A model generated the notes under the pieces. That model was given only the letters and a program-made list of their open reading frames with translations. It had not been told where the DNA came from and did not search any database. Made by a program: the position numbers and the translations under genes. A DNA stretch of 63,798 nt, the filler included, from Salisapilia sapeloensis CBS 127946 (taxonomy: Eukaryota; Protista; Oomycota): the NCBI GenBank assembly GCA_023334545.1. It is 13 parts of 13 records of this genome, joined end to end, with 100 filler letters (N's around TTAATTAATTAA, not from the genome) between each part and the next. Parts side by side here need not be neighbours in the genome. Positions count along the whole stretch, not along the records: positions 1 to 15,535 come from JAADVB010000368.1; 12 more parts are not named here. One strand, 5' to 3'. Every line of letters begins with the position of its first letter. Positions within the stretch are counted from its first letter, which is position 1. Shown piece by piece: positions 1-12,300 of the stretch.

Positions 1-918
1 ACGAGAGAGCATCTCGTCCTGCGACATGGCAGACCGAAGACGCACATCTCCTGAGCCAGCGATCGACAGCTTGCTCTTCTTCACACCAATCGTGTCTTTC
101 GTCAGGATGTCGACGTTGCCAGCTCCTGCCACGGCAATTTTTAGCTCATGCGCATGAATCGAGTTCGCGACACATTGAACGCGACCTCCCCCAGCGACCG
201 CAATGGCGAATTTGTTGTCGAGTTTAATGTGCTGGGCCATCAGATACACTTCACCGCATCCGATAATGGCTAGACGAAAGTCTTTGAGATGGATGAGCTG
301 AGCCGTGTGGAGATACATCTTAGCTCCTTTCAGAACGCTTACTTTCGCCTGCGCGTGAGTCTTGTCCATCACTAATGCCGAGTCTTCCACCACCACATCA
401 CAAGAAGAATGTACTTCAATGTGCTGCAGTGAATTAGGATCAGGCAGCTCTATCTCTGTCAATAGATGGCCCTTAATCGGCTGCCCATATGTCGCCGTGT
501 CCTTGTCTGGGTCCTGAGATGTAGTGGACTCGTTCGATCGGAGGTACGTGACGAAGAGCTCATTAGCGTTTTCGGATCTCACATCAACGTTCTGGAGAGT
601 GGACGCTGAGGAACTCGAGACGCGGACTTTGACCGCAGTCTTTTCATTAATGCCCGTGTGCGGATCAACAACCCCAGTATCTTCGGGATCATCGGTCTCG
701 AGTACCCCAGTATCACTCTCCGCCTCTGTTTTAATTTTATTGCAAGTCACATACACCAGGCCAGGCACATTGATCTGCAGACGCTCGAGCAGATCGGACG
801 GAGCATCGACATAGAACGTTTTTTCAACCGACTGAGCCTCTGCGCGTGGTTTCTCAGGCTCTGTAATCTCCGTCGAGTGCATGGTTGCCGTAGATTTATC
901 TTTACCGAAGAATCCCAT
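1..918 (-). CDS. GIN-domain (DUF2807, putative autotransporter-adhesin head) protein, 3' end runs off the window
   Basis: Absent from the ORF track. Hand translation gives an open frame from ATG 918 (MGFFGKDKST...) to base 1, with repeated beta-solenoid motifs IIGCGEV, IAVAGGGRV, IAVAGAGNV and LSIAGSGDV. Confidence 0.7.
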   Translation of the reverse strand, partial: MGFFGKDKSTATMHSTEITEPEKPRAEAQSVEKTFYVDAPSDLLERLQINVPGLVYVTCNKIKTEAESDTGVLETDDPEDTGVVDPHTGINEKTAVKVRVSSSSASTLQNVDVRSENANELFVTYLRSNESTTSQDPDKDTATYGQPIKGHLLTEIELPDPNSLQHIEVHSSCDVVVEDSALVMDKTHAQAKVSVLKGAKMYLHTAQLIHLKDFRLAIIGCGEVYLMAQHIKLDNKFAIAVAGGGRVQCVANSIHAHELKIAVAGAGNVDILTKDTIGVKKSKLSIAGSGDVRLRSAMSQDEMLSR

Positions 919-1614
919 CTGGCTTGCTTGTCTTCTCTTGTCTTTCTGAGGGAAAATGGCGAAATGACGTTCACTGTGTGTGCGGTAGTGACATGTGTAC
1001 TCTATATACAAAAAAACAGTCGATCTGATCCTAGGAATTTTGACAGCGAAAATTTACCATGTCGGTCGTTTCGCGGCTTCACCTACACTTTTTAGGATAC
1101 ACAAGTCTGGTCGGAAGGCAAATGACGGTTGAAGGAGAGACTTTTGGTGAAGTGAAAAGAATAAGATTGAGGGGTGGCGGCGTACACGCTACGTGGGCTT
1201 GCATCGCTTAGCCTAGGTTTACAATCACGTCGATCTAGATGGATACATTTGCCGTCGGCTACGTACCCTTGATGCTTCCCGATATATCACGCATCAAAAT
1301 GTAATCAGGTGTATACGAACCGGTTGAGGTGCCGCATCAACCGTCGCTAATAGCAATAGAATCTTTCTATCCTGACATGTTTTCCAACGAATCCATTGCT
1401 CAGCAAGACTAGTCATCAACAATTTGTGCATTTAAATGCATCATATAGATTCTAAGATTCATCTCCTACATGAGAAGAAAGCAAAACACTTCTCCTTTGA
1501 TTAATACGTGAATTGAGACATGTTCTGGAGTAAATGATGAAAGAACGTAATGAAAATTGGACAAAAAGGAACGCGTTACAGCTCCCGATTGGAAAACAAT
1601 TACGTATACGCTGC

Positions 1615-2804
1615 TTAGGATAAGTCGCCGGCGATCGTACTGACACAGTTCCAATTGGCAGCAAAATCCTGCTGCCACAGACGTACGGTGCCATCATCGC
1701 CAGAGGACGCAAGGGTCGTTCCGGCAACATTCCATTCGACCCTCCACACTTCGCTCGCGTGATGTGTTGTTTGAGCTAGCTGCGTCGCTTCAGCCTGCAT
1801 GCGGCCGCCTTCCGCAACATCCAATCGCCAGATCCGGACGCTTCTATCTTTACTGGCCGTGGCTATCAAATGATGCGACCGGGCGAGGCGAGGCGCCCAG
1901 CTGACGTCATGGACAGCATCCGTGTGGCCTTGCAGCTCTACCACTAACTGCCATTTGCGAGTTGCATGGCTGTAACCCCACACGGACACCTGGCATGCCA
2001 CGTTCTTAGCTGCTACTTGTACCACATTGCAATAAAAACCTTACCTGAGAACTGTTGCCGCCTACAGCGACCAAAGGAACGTCGAATCGAGAGCCGTTCC
2101 ATGCGAGACATGTGACGCCACTTCGATCTGCTAGAAACTCTTCCTGCAGTGGCCAATGAGATAGGTTCTGTACGTCCACCGCTTCATACATTCGCACATA
2201 TCCGTCCTCGGATGCCGTTGCCTGTTGAATAACAATATAAAATATAAAGACAGTCTATCTATTGCGTATTATTCGCGTACAAGTCGTAGTCCAAGATGAC
2301 GTGGAGCGAATTTAACGTCATGCACAGCTTCTCGAGCGTCCACTAGCTGTGCCTGATTGCGCCACCCTTCCTTCGTAGGCTTTGTGCCATAGCGAAGATC
2401 ACTACCTTGGTCCTCCCAGATGGCGACAGAACGATCGAAGGAACAGGACGCTAGTAACTGGCCAAACTCTGGATGGGCCCAATCGACCTTCCAAACACTC
2501 GCCTGATGGGCGCTCCACTCGTGTTCAAGTTGCCAGTCACTATTGCCACGAGTCCAGATCTTGATCTTTCGGTCAGATGAGCACGTCGCAAGCCTTTGGC
2601 CGTAATGGTCGAAGCGCATGTCATGGATAAAGTCCTGGTGCAAGGAGGGGAATCGCTGAAAGACTTGCTATTGTCCATAAAATGCAAGTTTAGAACATAT
2701 CTTTACATAATTTGAATGCCTTAGCATATTTTAAATGCATCTTAGGTCTTTATATGAAAGAACTTTGTGTATGAAGGATGCAGGAAGCGATATAAGCTTA
2801 CCAT
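1615..2804 (-). CDS. SEH1: Nucleoporin SEH1 (WD40), 4 exons
   Basis: Motifs HQDFIHDMRFDHYGQRLATCSSDRKIKIW, WAHPEFGQLLASCSFD and VWRVEWNVAGTTLASSGDDG. Exons: ATG only (2804-2802, followed by GTAAG), 2667-2281, 2221-2045 and approx. 1991-1615, with GT-AG boundaries. Confidence 0.9.
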
Positions 2805-3446
2805 ATCTCTTGAAGAGCTCAATGCCGAGTTTGTGTCAAGGAGAAGGCTTCCATGTATGATTGGATAAAACTCGATATTTTAACCAATCCTGAAAATATA
2901 CTATCTTTCTTATTCTTTCGTATTCTTAGATGCCTACTGCCAGAGGAACTAGTCGCCTCCATGCTAGTACCTGCCCCTTTGCGCACCTAATGCTGCTTCG
3001 GCTCTTGTTCAATAGTAAGAACACAGCCTTTTTGGATTGTGTCTGTCCATCAAGCCGGTGGAAGTAGCATAAATTCTCCGTCGCACGCATGCACTTGCGG
3101 CTTTTCGTGACGCTCCCACCGTGACAAACTGAGCAACGTCGTGAGATGGGAGGCCAAAAGTAGTCAGAGTAACGCTCCTTTTGCTTCGTACAAACGGCAG
3201 TGCAAGGAGACACTTTACTAATACACCACATCAGATCCCTTTCTTCTTTCTTTCTACCCTTCCATCGCTCTGGCGTTATGCATTCGAGGCTCGAAAGGCT
3301 CATCGATAAGCTTGCTTATTCAACAGTCCAGAAAAAGCGCCGTGGGGCATCGTGTCAGTCACACGAGAAACTTTTTTCCATTCTATTAAAGCTCACTCCA
3401 TCTCGAAGTCACGTGGGAACTTGGTTGCATCAACTCACTGCTGACA

Positions 3447-4739
3447 ATGTGCGAAAAGCAATTAAGAAACTCCTTCGACAGCGTCGATTCGACCCACAAC
3501 AGTTCCAACAACTCACTCTTGTCGGCGTCTCAGCCGTCAGCAAATCCTCATGCCAGTTCATTCGGTATCACGCTACTCTCTCCACGTCTCCAACGGGCAG
3601 TAGCTGCTTCGACACCAAGTTTACGAAGCGCGAGTCAAGCGAAAGATTCTATGAACTCTGGAGTCGCAATGCCAAAGCAATCTCTCGATTTTGATTTTGA
3701 TAGCTTTACGATTGAAGCCGTACGTCAGCGTACTTCATCCGAAGATGATCAAAGTCCTCCGAATAGTGGAGTTCGACCAAATGGTCGCTGGTCACCCAAT
3801 GCACCTCCTTACTCTACTTCCTTTGCCACTGTATCCTCTCAAGTCCAATCCCCCGATAGACCTGAGCGTTCTACGACAAACTTTTTCCAATCCATGCGCA
3901 GTACAGAGCTATATGGAAGTAACCAACGTGGTCGCTTGTTGTCTACAGCTTCCACTGCTTTTAGTGATAACAATGGCTCGGTACTACCGTCCAGAGCAGC
4001 TCGATCACTAAACGATGTCATATCTTCATCATTCCTCCCAAGATCCTTGACGGCGGAGAGTGCGAGTCAAATGGGCCTCTCCGATAGCGATCGGATGAGT
4101 GGGTGGCTACAACGTCGAAAGGGAATGGTAATCAGACGCTGGCGACCTCAATACTGTCTTTTAAAGCCATCCAAGGATGAACTTTGCTTTTATGTGAACG
4201 AAGACACTTTCAATGGACGGTTGGAGCACCGTTTCCAGGTCTTGCGAGTTACAATCGATGAGAAAGCAGATGACCAGTTCATCGTCGTTGGTGTATCGAG
4301 AGAAGGCACACCTTGTCGAGAAGTCTTGAGAGCTACACAGAGTATCGATGGCGAGCAATGGTTCCATGCTTTCGAGTCATATCTCGACCACCTCTCTCTC
4401 GAGTCTGCCTACCGTCGACGACCAGAGCTATGTCCAACGAAAGATGACCATCGACATGACCGACCAAGTTCGAACCAGTCGACAGAAGAGACACAAGTCA
4501 AAGTCCCATTAGCTTCGTTTTCAGAACGACAGCGTTCCCACCCGATGCATCGCTCTGCACAAGACACTACCACTAGTTCCAGACTTAACAAAGGCTCTAG
4601 CTTCGCTGATTGTCCAATGATCGAACGAAAGAGTCAACAGCGACTCGCCGTTCTGGAGCAGAGTGCATCGAATCCAAGTGCTCGAGAGTCCGAGTCGTGC
4701 GCAAGCACCAGCGCGAGTCCGTTCGCTTGGTACCACTAA
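3447..4739 (+). CDS. PH-domain protein with Ser-rich disordered flanks
   Basis: 430-aa ATG ORF. MSGWLQRRKGMVIRRWRPQYCLL...EQWFHAFESYL has the typical PH first-strand and C-terminal Trp helix pattern. Confidence 0.75.
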   Translation: MCEKQLRNSFDSVDSTHNSSNNSLLSASQPSANPHASSFGITLLSPRLQRAVAASTPSLRSASQAKDSMNSGVAMPKQSLDFDFDSFTIEAVRQRTSSEDDQSPPNSGVRPNGRWSPNAPPYSTSFATVSSQVQSPDRPERSTTNFFQSMRSTELYGSNQRGRLLSTASTAFSDNNGSVLPSRAARSLNDVISSSFLPRSLTAESASQMGLSDSDRMSGWLQRRKGMVIRRWRPQYCLLKPSKDELCFYVNEDTFNGRLEHRFQVLRVTIDEKADDQFIVVGVSREGTPCREVLRATQSIDGEQWFHAFESYLDHLSLESAYRRRPELCPTKDDHRHDRPSSNQSTEETQVKVPLASFSERQRSHPMHRSAQDTTTSSRLNKGSSFADCPMIERKSQQRLAVLEQSASNPSARESESCASTSASPFAWYH

Positions 4740-4777
4740 CAACTGTTTGAACGTAACATGCAATCTTTGTTTCCAAG

Positions 4778-5686
4778 TTATTCCCAACTATCTCCCCAGT
4801 CTTCCGTTTCCTTGGACTTGTCGCTGTCGCTCTCGTCACCCCAACTCAGTCGGTCCTCTTCCTTGGTCTTTTCAGGAATAAACAGCGCACTTGACGCTGC
4901 ACTCGAGGACGAGAGAGGCGGAGGAGCTACTTGAGCCATCGTCTTCTTCTCGTCTAGTTCAATCCAACTCTCCGTGTCACTCGAAGCGACGGACTGACCA
5001 GACGTCGATGTCGGCGGCAGGTCTTCCTTGACCTCTTCCTCCTCCCCGAACATCGTCCCTTTCTTCGGCGACTCGATGTCCCACCCGATCTCTTCTTCAT
5101 CGTCCAAGGCATTCTCGATCAAATTGGCATTTTCTTGCTCTTGTGCAGCAAGGAGACTCGCTTTGTACAGGTAATGTCGCCAGAAGGTGTCTCTGTCGAT
5201 GGTAAAAGGTACGAGCTCATTCCGCTTGTCCAAGACGATGGGATACTGTATCAAGACTTCTTCTGCGATCTGAGTCAACTCTTTATCGTCTAGACCTTCC
5301 TGCCACTTTTTAAACGTATCCGAGTCTTCTGGAGCTTCCAAGTACGTCGCATTCGACGTCTGGAGAGCCTGTAGCCGGTATCGACGAGCACTGAGATCTG
5401 CTTCCGTCATCTCGGACGTGTCTGCATCGTCGTTATTCAAGGTCCAGTGGGCTAGAAAGTCATCTGCCGAATGAAGGAGACGAGCTCCAAAACTTTCGAG
5501 AGACAGAGCGTTTAAGGAAGAGAAGAGACCGGAGGACAGACCTCCATCTTGAGAAGACGTTTGCGTGTTTCCATCCGTCGATCCTTCCGAGCTCGAGTGG
5601 GAATGGCTAGAACATTCTGTGCTATCGTGTTTAGTCTTCTGTGTCTGGTCTGTCGATGTAGGCGTCTCCTGTACAGACTCTCGCAT
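4778..5686 (-). CDS. BSD-domain protein
   Basis: Motif LVPFTIDRDTFWRHYLYK (BSD FW..YF-like), followed by acidic EEEIGWD/WGD/DSWE tails typical of BSDC1-like proteins. Confidence 0.7.
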   Translation of the reverse strand: MRESVQETPTSTDQTQKTKHDSTECSSHSHSSSEGSTDGNTQTSSQDGGLSSGLFSSLNALSLESFGARLLHSADDFLAHWTLNNDDADTSEMTEADLSARRYRLQALQTSNATYLEAPEDSDTFKKWQEGLDDKELTQIAEEVLIQYPIVLDKRNELVPFTIDRDTFWRHYLYKASLLAAQEQENANLIENALDDEEEIGWDIESPKKGTMFGEEEEVKEDLPPTSTSGQSVASSDTESWIELDEKKTMAQVAPPPLSSSSAASSALFIPEKTKEEDRLSWGDESDSDKSKETEDWGDSWE

Positions 5687-6327
5687 CGACTTGGCAAGTT
5701 CAGCTGCGTCCTAAGCCATTTACAATGCGGATGTTAGCTTCAAAGGATAGAACAGGCACGGTAGGTAAACATACTTCTTGGACGATCGAGGTAAAGTCCC
5801 GAAAGTCCGAGCTGAGTGTCTCGACGGCTTGAGACGACTGTATCACAGACAACGCATCAGCACATAGTATATACATTGGCATATACACAAGCACACAAAG
5901 AGCATTGCGTCACTACCTTTTCACGAATGGAAGACACGAATGAGGAAAAGCTATAGGATGCCATATTTTTCGTCAATAACGTCAGGAAGACTCGTCCGAG
6001 TACGTCGTCTGCACCACTTGCCTAATTCCTTCTTTCGTTTCACCTCATAGCTTCCATGCCACATAATTACACTCTTTTCTATCGTCCTCCACCTTGTACT
6101 TCCGTTCAGATTTCAACGGGACAGCCAAGTTCAACCGATATAATTTATTTCCGGACACCCTCTATTGTATCTATTTATGTGAAACAACCACTTCCCGCCT
6201 CCAGTCAATCATAATACTATGGACATGTTAAATGTTTTAGTGATATACATTGTCCATTTTTCAATGAATTGCTTTGGAAATACCCGCCAAAATCCATTCG
6301 ACAACCGACGAGAGAGCGTGCAAGTGG

Positions 6328-9300
6328 ATGGCGCCGACGCGGTTCAATGGCGGAGCACGTGGGCCTCGGCAGAGTCCTCAGGATCGAAAGCAGGCAGAGG
6401 AGCGTGGAGATGCGCTGGATAAGCGACTCGGGTTTCCTCTCCTGTCGGAACTTGTTGAACAGGAAATCGCTGAGAGCGCGGGAACGTCAAGTTCCGATAC
6501 AGACACGAGTTCCAAGCCACGTCTCGGGTGGCTGCTGAACTTTCGTAATACGACGCTAACAGATGCGCTGGATGGATCAGGAAGCGAAGCGAGTGCAATT
6601 GAACTTTACTTTCTACAGCAGGATAACCAGTCTTTCAAGACACGCATCGTGTACAAGCCGTACTTTTACGTGCATGTGGCAGACGGAAGAGGACTAGAAG
6701 TTCTTGCATTCCTACAGCGTCGTTTAGATGGACTCGTTAGCAGTGTGGACCGAGTCAAGCGAGAGGATCTGGACATTCCGAATCATCTCGGTGGCAAGCG
6801 AGGTGAGTTCTTGCAGCTTAGTTTCCGTACCGTATCGGACCTCTTGTCTGCTCGATCTGTGTTGCAGCCGATCATCGAGCGTAACAAGTCACAGCAGAAA
6901 TCTCGTCAAGCGTACGGAAGTACAGAGAAAAGCACAAAGAGCAATCCGCTTTTCCAATTCACGAACGCAGACGACTCGTTTGATGTAGAGATGGCTGCAG
7001 ACGCTTTTTCAGGGATGTCCACAGCTTTCTCTGGTGATGACACTGAGGCCGCTATCCTCGAACTGCGCGAATATGACGTCCCGTACGCCATGCGTGCTGC
7101 AATCGACCTCGATATTCGTGTTGGAGCATGGTACAATGTTACGTACGATCCAAGTGCACCCTACAGCAGTAAAGACGTCACTCGTCTGCCAGAGATGTTG
7201 GAAAAGGCCGAGCCAGTGGTGTGTGCCTTCGATATCGAGTGTAGTAAAGCGCCGTTAAAGTTCCCCGACGCAACTGCCGATCAGATTTATATGATTTCGT
7301 ACGTGATCGATGGACAAGGTTATCTCATTACGAACCGAGAGATCGTGACGGAGGATGTGCCGGATTTCGAGTACACGCCGAAGGAGGATTATCCAGGTCC
7401 GTTTATCGTCTTCAACGAAGCGAATGAAAAGGAACTGCTACAACGTTTCTTAGATCACATGCTAGAAGCGCAACCACACATCTTCGTCACATATAACGGA
7501 GACTTTTTCGATTGGCCGTTCATGCAGCAACGGTTCTTCGAGTATGGCATCAGTTTGGAAGATGAGCTCGGTATCTTTCTTGACCAGCGCACGGGTGAAT
7601 TCCGAGGTCGGTGCAGTGTGCACTTGGATGCGTTTTGTTGGGTGAAGCGAGACTCGTACTTGCCTCAAGGCAGTCAAGGTCTCAAGGCCGTGACCAAATA
7701 CAAGCTCGGGTACGATCCGGTGGAAGTGGATCCAGAAGAGATGCTTCCTTTAGCACAAGAGAATCCGAGAAAGATGGCAGCGTACTCTGTGTCCGATGCC
7801 CTCGCCACATTTTATCTATATGACAAGTACGTCCACTTGTTCGTCTTTTCACTCTGTACGATTATTCCGATCGGAAGTGAAGGCGTCTTGCGGAAAGGAA
7901 GTGGAGCGTTATGTGAAGCCCTGCTCATGGTCGAAGCGTACAAGAACTCAGTCATTTCCCCCAATAAACAGAGCGGGTCGCTTGAAGATGATCCAAAGTT
8001 TTATAATAATCACTTGGTCGAGAATGAAACGTACGTCGGTGGACACGTCGAGTGTCTCGAATCTGGTGTCTTCCGAGCGGATTTTGAGTACGACTTTAAG
8101 ACCGATGCGAGTGCGTATCAAGAGCTTATTGATCGTATCGATCGCGACTTGACATTTGCACTCGAAGTCGAGATGAACACTAAAGTCTCCGACGTCGCCA
8201 ACTATAACGAAATCAGGCAGCAGATTGTCGATAAACTGCAAGCTTTAAAGAACAAACCGACGCGGAAAGAGACACCTTTGATCTATCACTTGGACGTTGC
8301 AGCCATGTACCCGAACATCATCCTGACGAACCGCATGCAGCCGTGGGCGATCGTGAATGAAGCAGACTGTGCTGCCTGTGCCTTTAACACCGAATGCGGC
8401 AAGACAGCAGTGGAAGACCCGGACCAGTCCTGCCAGCGTGAAATGAACTGGGTCTGGCGCGGTGACTACACGCCTGCGACTCGTCACGAGTACAATTCGC
8501 TTAAGACACAACTCGAGTACGAGAACTTTCCGTCCCCAAGTGGCGATGGGAATGTCAAATTCGATAAACTACCGAAAGACCAACGTCAGAAGCTACTCAA
8601 GCAGCGTCTAAAGAGCTACAGCTCGTCCGTCTACAAGAAGACAAAGCTAACGACAGAAGAGAAACGATCGGTCACCGTGTGCATGCGCGAGAACTCGTTC
8701 TACGTCGAGACTGTACGTGCCTTTCGAGATCGCCGGTACGAGTACAAGGGACTGACCAAGACGTGGAAGAAGAAGCAAGGCGAAGCAGCCGAGAATGGAG
8801 ACGCACTACTCCAAGTAGAAGCTGGTACGAAAGCCCTCGTGTACGACAGTCTCCAACTAGCGCACAAGTGTATCCTCAACTCCTTTTACGGGTACGTCAT
8901 GAGCAAAGGCGCGCGGTGGCGGTCGATGGAGATGGCAGGGATCGTCACACACACTGGTGCCAACTTGATCAAAGGCGCGCGGGAGCTCGTGGAGAGAATC
9001 GGACGGCCGCTAGAGCTCGATACGGACGGTATCTGGGCCATCCTACCCTCTTCTTTCCCTGAAGACTTTACCTTTAAGCTCACGAACGGCGGGGACCGCA
9101 AGATCTCGTATCCCTGCGTCATGCTCAACGCCGACGTCGATGAAAAGTTTAGCAATCGCCAGTACCATGTCTACGACTCGGAGACTGGCGAATATAAAGT
9201 CGAGCGAGAGTGCTCCATCAGCTTTGAAGTCGACGGACCGTATAAGGCCATGGTGCTCCCTGCCTCAACAGACGAAGGCCGCTTGCTAAAAAAACGCTAT

Positions 9301-12300
9301 GCTGTCTTTAACTTTGATCATACGCTCGCAGAGCTCAAAGGCTTTGAACTGAAGCGTCGAGGAGAGTTGCAACTAATCAAGGCGTTCCAAGGTCAAGTCT
9401 TTGACAAGTTCCTCGACGGAAGCAACCTGCAGGAGTGTTATAACAGCGTTGCGACATGTGCAGCGCAGTGGCTAGATGTGATTGATTGTCGAGGGAAAGA
9501 AATGAGTGATCAAGAGCTGCTGCATCTGATTACGGAAAGTAAGAACATGTCGAATCGACTGGCAGACTATGCCGGCCAAAAGTCCACGGCTATCACGACT
9601 GCGAAGCGATTAGGAGAGTTCCTTGGACAGGATATGGTGCAGGACAAGGGACTTCGATGCGAAATGGTCATTGCGAACCGACCGGTGGGAGAAAAGGTGA
9701 CGGAACGTGCTATTCCGACAGCCATCTTTGCAGCTGAACCAGCTGTACGGAAACACTATCTGCGCAGGTGGCTCGGAGATCCTAACCTGACGGACTTTAC
9801 GCTACGCAGTGTCTTGGACTGGGGTTACTACCGCCAACGATTTGCCAGCACCGTCCAGAAAATCATCAGTCTCCCTGCTGCCTTCCAACACATCAGTAAT
9901 CCCGTACCTCGTATCGAGCTCCCAGACTGGATGCGACGTCGTGTGCGTGAAGCGCATGCAAAGTTCCAACAAGGCTCCATTCGCTCTTTCGTCCAGAAAC
10001 AAGTACCCGTGCAGGATGTCGAAGATCTCTTTGCAAGTAAGCAACAGCCTCGTATCTCTCCCAAGAAAGTTTTGCCGGAAGAAGAGCAAGATGTATCACT
10101 TGGAGAAGCTCCGTTTAATGAATGGCTTAAGAATCGTAAGCAAAAGTGGAAACGACTAGTCGAACGACGGAAGCGGAAGAGAGATGAACACTCCAATGTA
10201 GTTAGTAAACGACGTGATGTAGGTATCGGTATGGAGAACTTTGTCACGGATCTATCGTCGTCGCTCCAGACCGAGACGTGGCAAGTGGTCGAGATACAGC
10301 CAGATGCAGACGTATCTGGCCGAGTCACGTGCTGGGTACTCACCTCCGTTTCTCGTCGTCTCCATCGTGTTACGTTAAAGCTTCCTCGTACCTTGTATCT
10401 GTCGTTAATCTCCGATGAAGAACTTGACGTCACCTCTAGACGTGTCATGCGCGTCCTACCTCGAGGCGGGAGTAAGCCACAGCAGCTACTGGAAGTACAG
10501 CTAGGCTCGCTTTTCCATGAGCGTGACGCCAGTGCTATCCTCACAGACTCTCGCGTCTCTGCTGCCTACGAAGCGCAGACATCTCCTCTGACTCGAGCTG
10601 TCTGCTCTCTCGGAGGCGCCGTCACGCTCTCCAACCGCCACTTGTCGCTACGTGACGGTGTCGAAGTAGACGTCCACGACCTGCATCAAACACAATCGAA
10701 CGCTTTGTCGGACTGGACGTCCTTCGGTCTACGCACTGCTCTCTTGTACATTGCCCAGCAAAAGCAGCGCGCCATCATCGGCCTCGTCCTCTTGACCAAG
10801 CAAGACGACGGGACGTTCGCAGGTGACGCAAGTGTCTGGATCGTCGACCCAGTGTCGACCCAACGCCAGAGCTCGAGTGACTTGGACCGGATGTTTGCCA
10901 CGCTTCAGTCCTCGATCCTGTCCTCCTGCTCCTTTACGACGTTTGTGGCGAAAGACATGACGTCTGCCTTCTCTCGCGTCAACCAAGCACTCGCCGTCTT
11001 GCGAGATGAACCGACGTTTGTCGTGGCGCAGTCCAACATCGGCAGCCGACAGCGACTTCGACATCGGATGCAAGGGCTCTACGCCTTTCCTCTTGCTACT
11101 CTGTCGTTCGTAGAGGAAGACGGACGCTTCCCGGCGCTTACGTGGCGGAAGATCCTTGCCGAAAGGTTCGTGTCTCGAGCAGTCGAGATGACAGCGTCGC
11201 TGCAGGAACTCTCTCGAGTCGCACAGTACGCACACATGCCAGTAGGAAACTTGACTGGAGACCCGAACATCGCAGCGTTAGACGTTCTGTACAGTCGGTT
11301 GCTGTCGAAGCATCAGCATGTCTGGTGGCATTCTCCATCTCCTCATCCGGATCTTGGTGGAAAGGAACAAGAGCTGCTGGAAGTCACGGAAGAAGACCCG
11401 GTCGTGACAAATAAAGGAAGCTTTGACACGTTCTGTGTCGAGCTAGAAGTAGATGGATTAGCAGTTGGAGCGTTGCTAGTGGCGACGCAGTTGGAGGAGA
11501 TGGAAGGGAGTTCGAAAGGTGCTCAGATCGATGCAGAGGATGGAGAAGAAGGTAGTGAAGCGTTACGTCACCTCCGTTCTCTCGTCACAAGTCTCTTTAA
11601 AGACGTTGTCAGTAGTAAGAACCCTGTGGCCGATGGCTTGCTACAGCATGTCTATCGATGGATCTGTAGCTCGCAAGCCTTGAGCTACGATCCGCTCCTA
11701 AAGTCCCATGTCAAGCGTCTGATGAAGAAACTCTTTCTGCACCTGATAGCAGAGTTAGGTAGACTAGGCGCCACCATCGTCCATGCAGATAGTAGCAAAT
11801 TGCTCTTGTGTACAGGTCAGAAGACGCAAGTCGCAGCCGAGCGATACCTGACCTTTGTGCTAGGCACATTGGCGCAGCAACCTCTCTTCCAAGTCCTGTC
11901 GTTCACGACGAGTCGCTTCTACTCCCATCTGCTCTTCCTTGATGCGGAGAACTATGGAGGGATGGTAAACGACGAGATCATTAGTCAGTGGGATCTCGCG
12001 AGACACTTGCCGCCAGGTGTAGATGACTACCTCTTACTTCTCATCGGACAATTCCTTCGGAGAAGGGTGGCTGGAGTTGAAGTCGAACGTCTCGTATCTA
12101 CCTATTTGACGGAAAAGCTCCTTCGACTTGTCCCAGAGATCGCCTCATCGGACTTTGAGTTCCCTGTGCTAGTGGGCTCCCACTTGTCCATGGACGACGC
12201 AGCACTGGAGCTCGTCAAGAGTCTCTGTGCAGTCCTCTCTTTAGATTCAACTGCAGCAGAGCCAGTGTCTCGTATGAAACGCACGCTCTTGCGTCTACTC

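Noticed and set aside
2926-3694. ORFs 2926-3303 (minus) and 3200-3694 (plus) between SEH1 and the PH gene
   Set aside because: Non-ATG starts, no recognisable domain and partial overlap with the PH gene.
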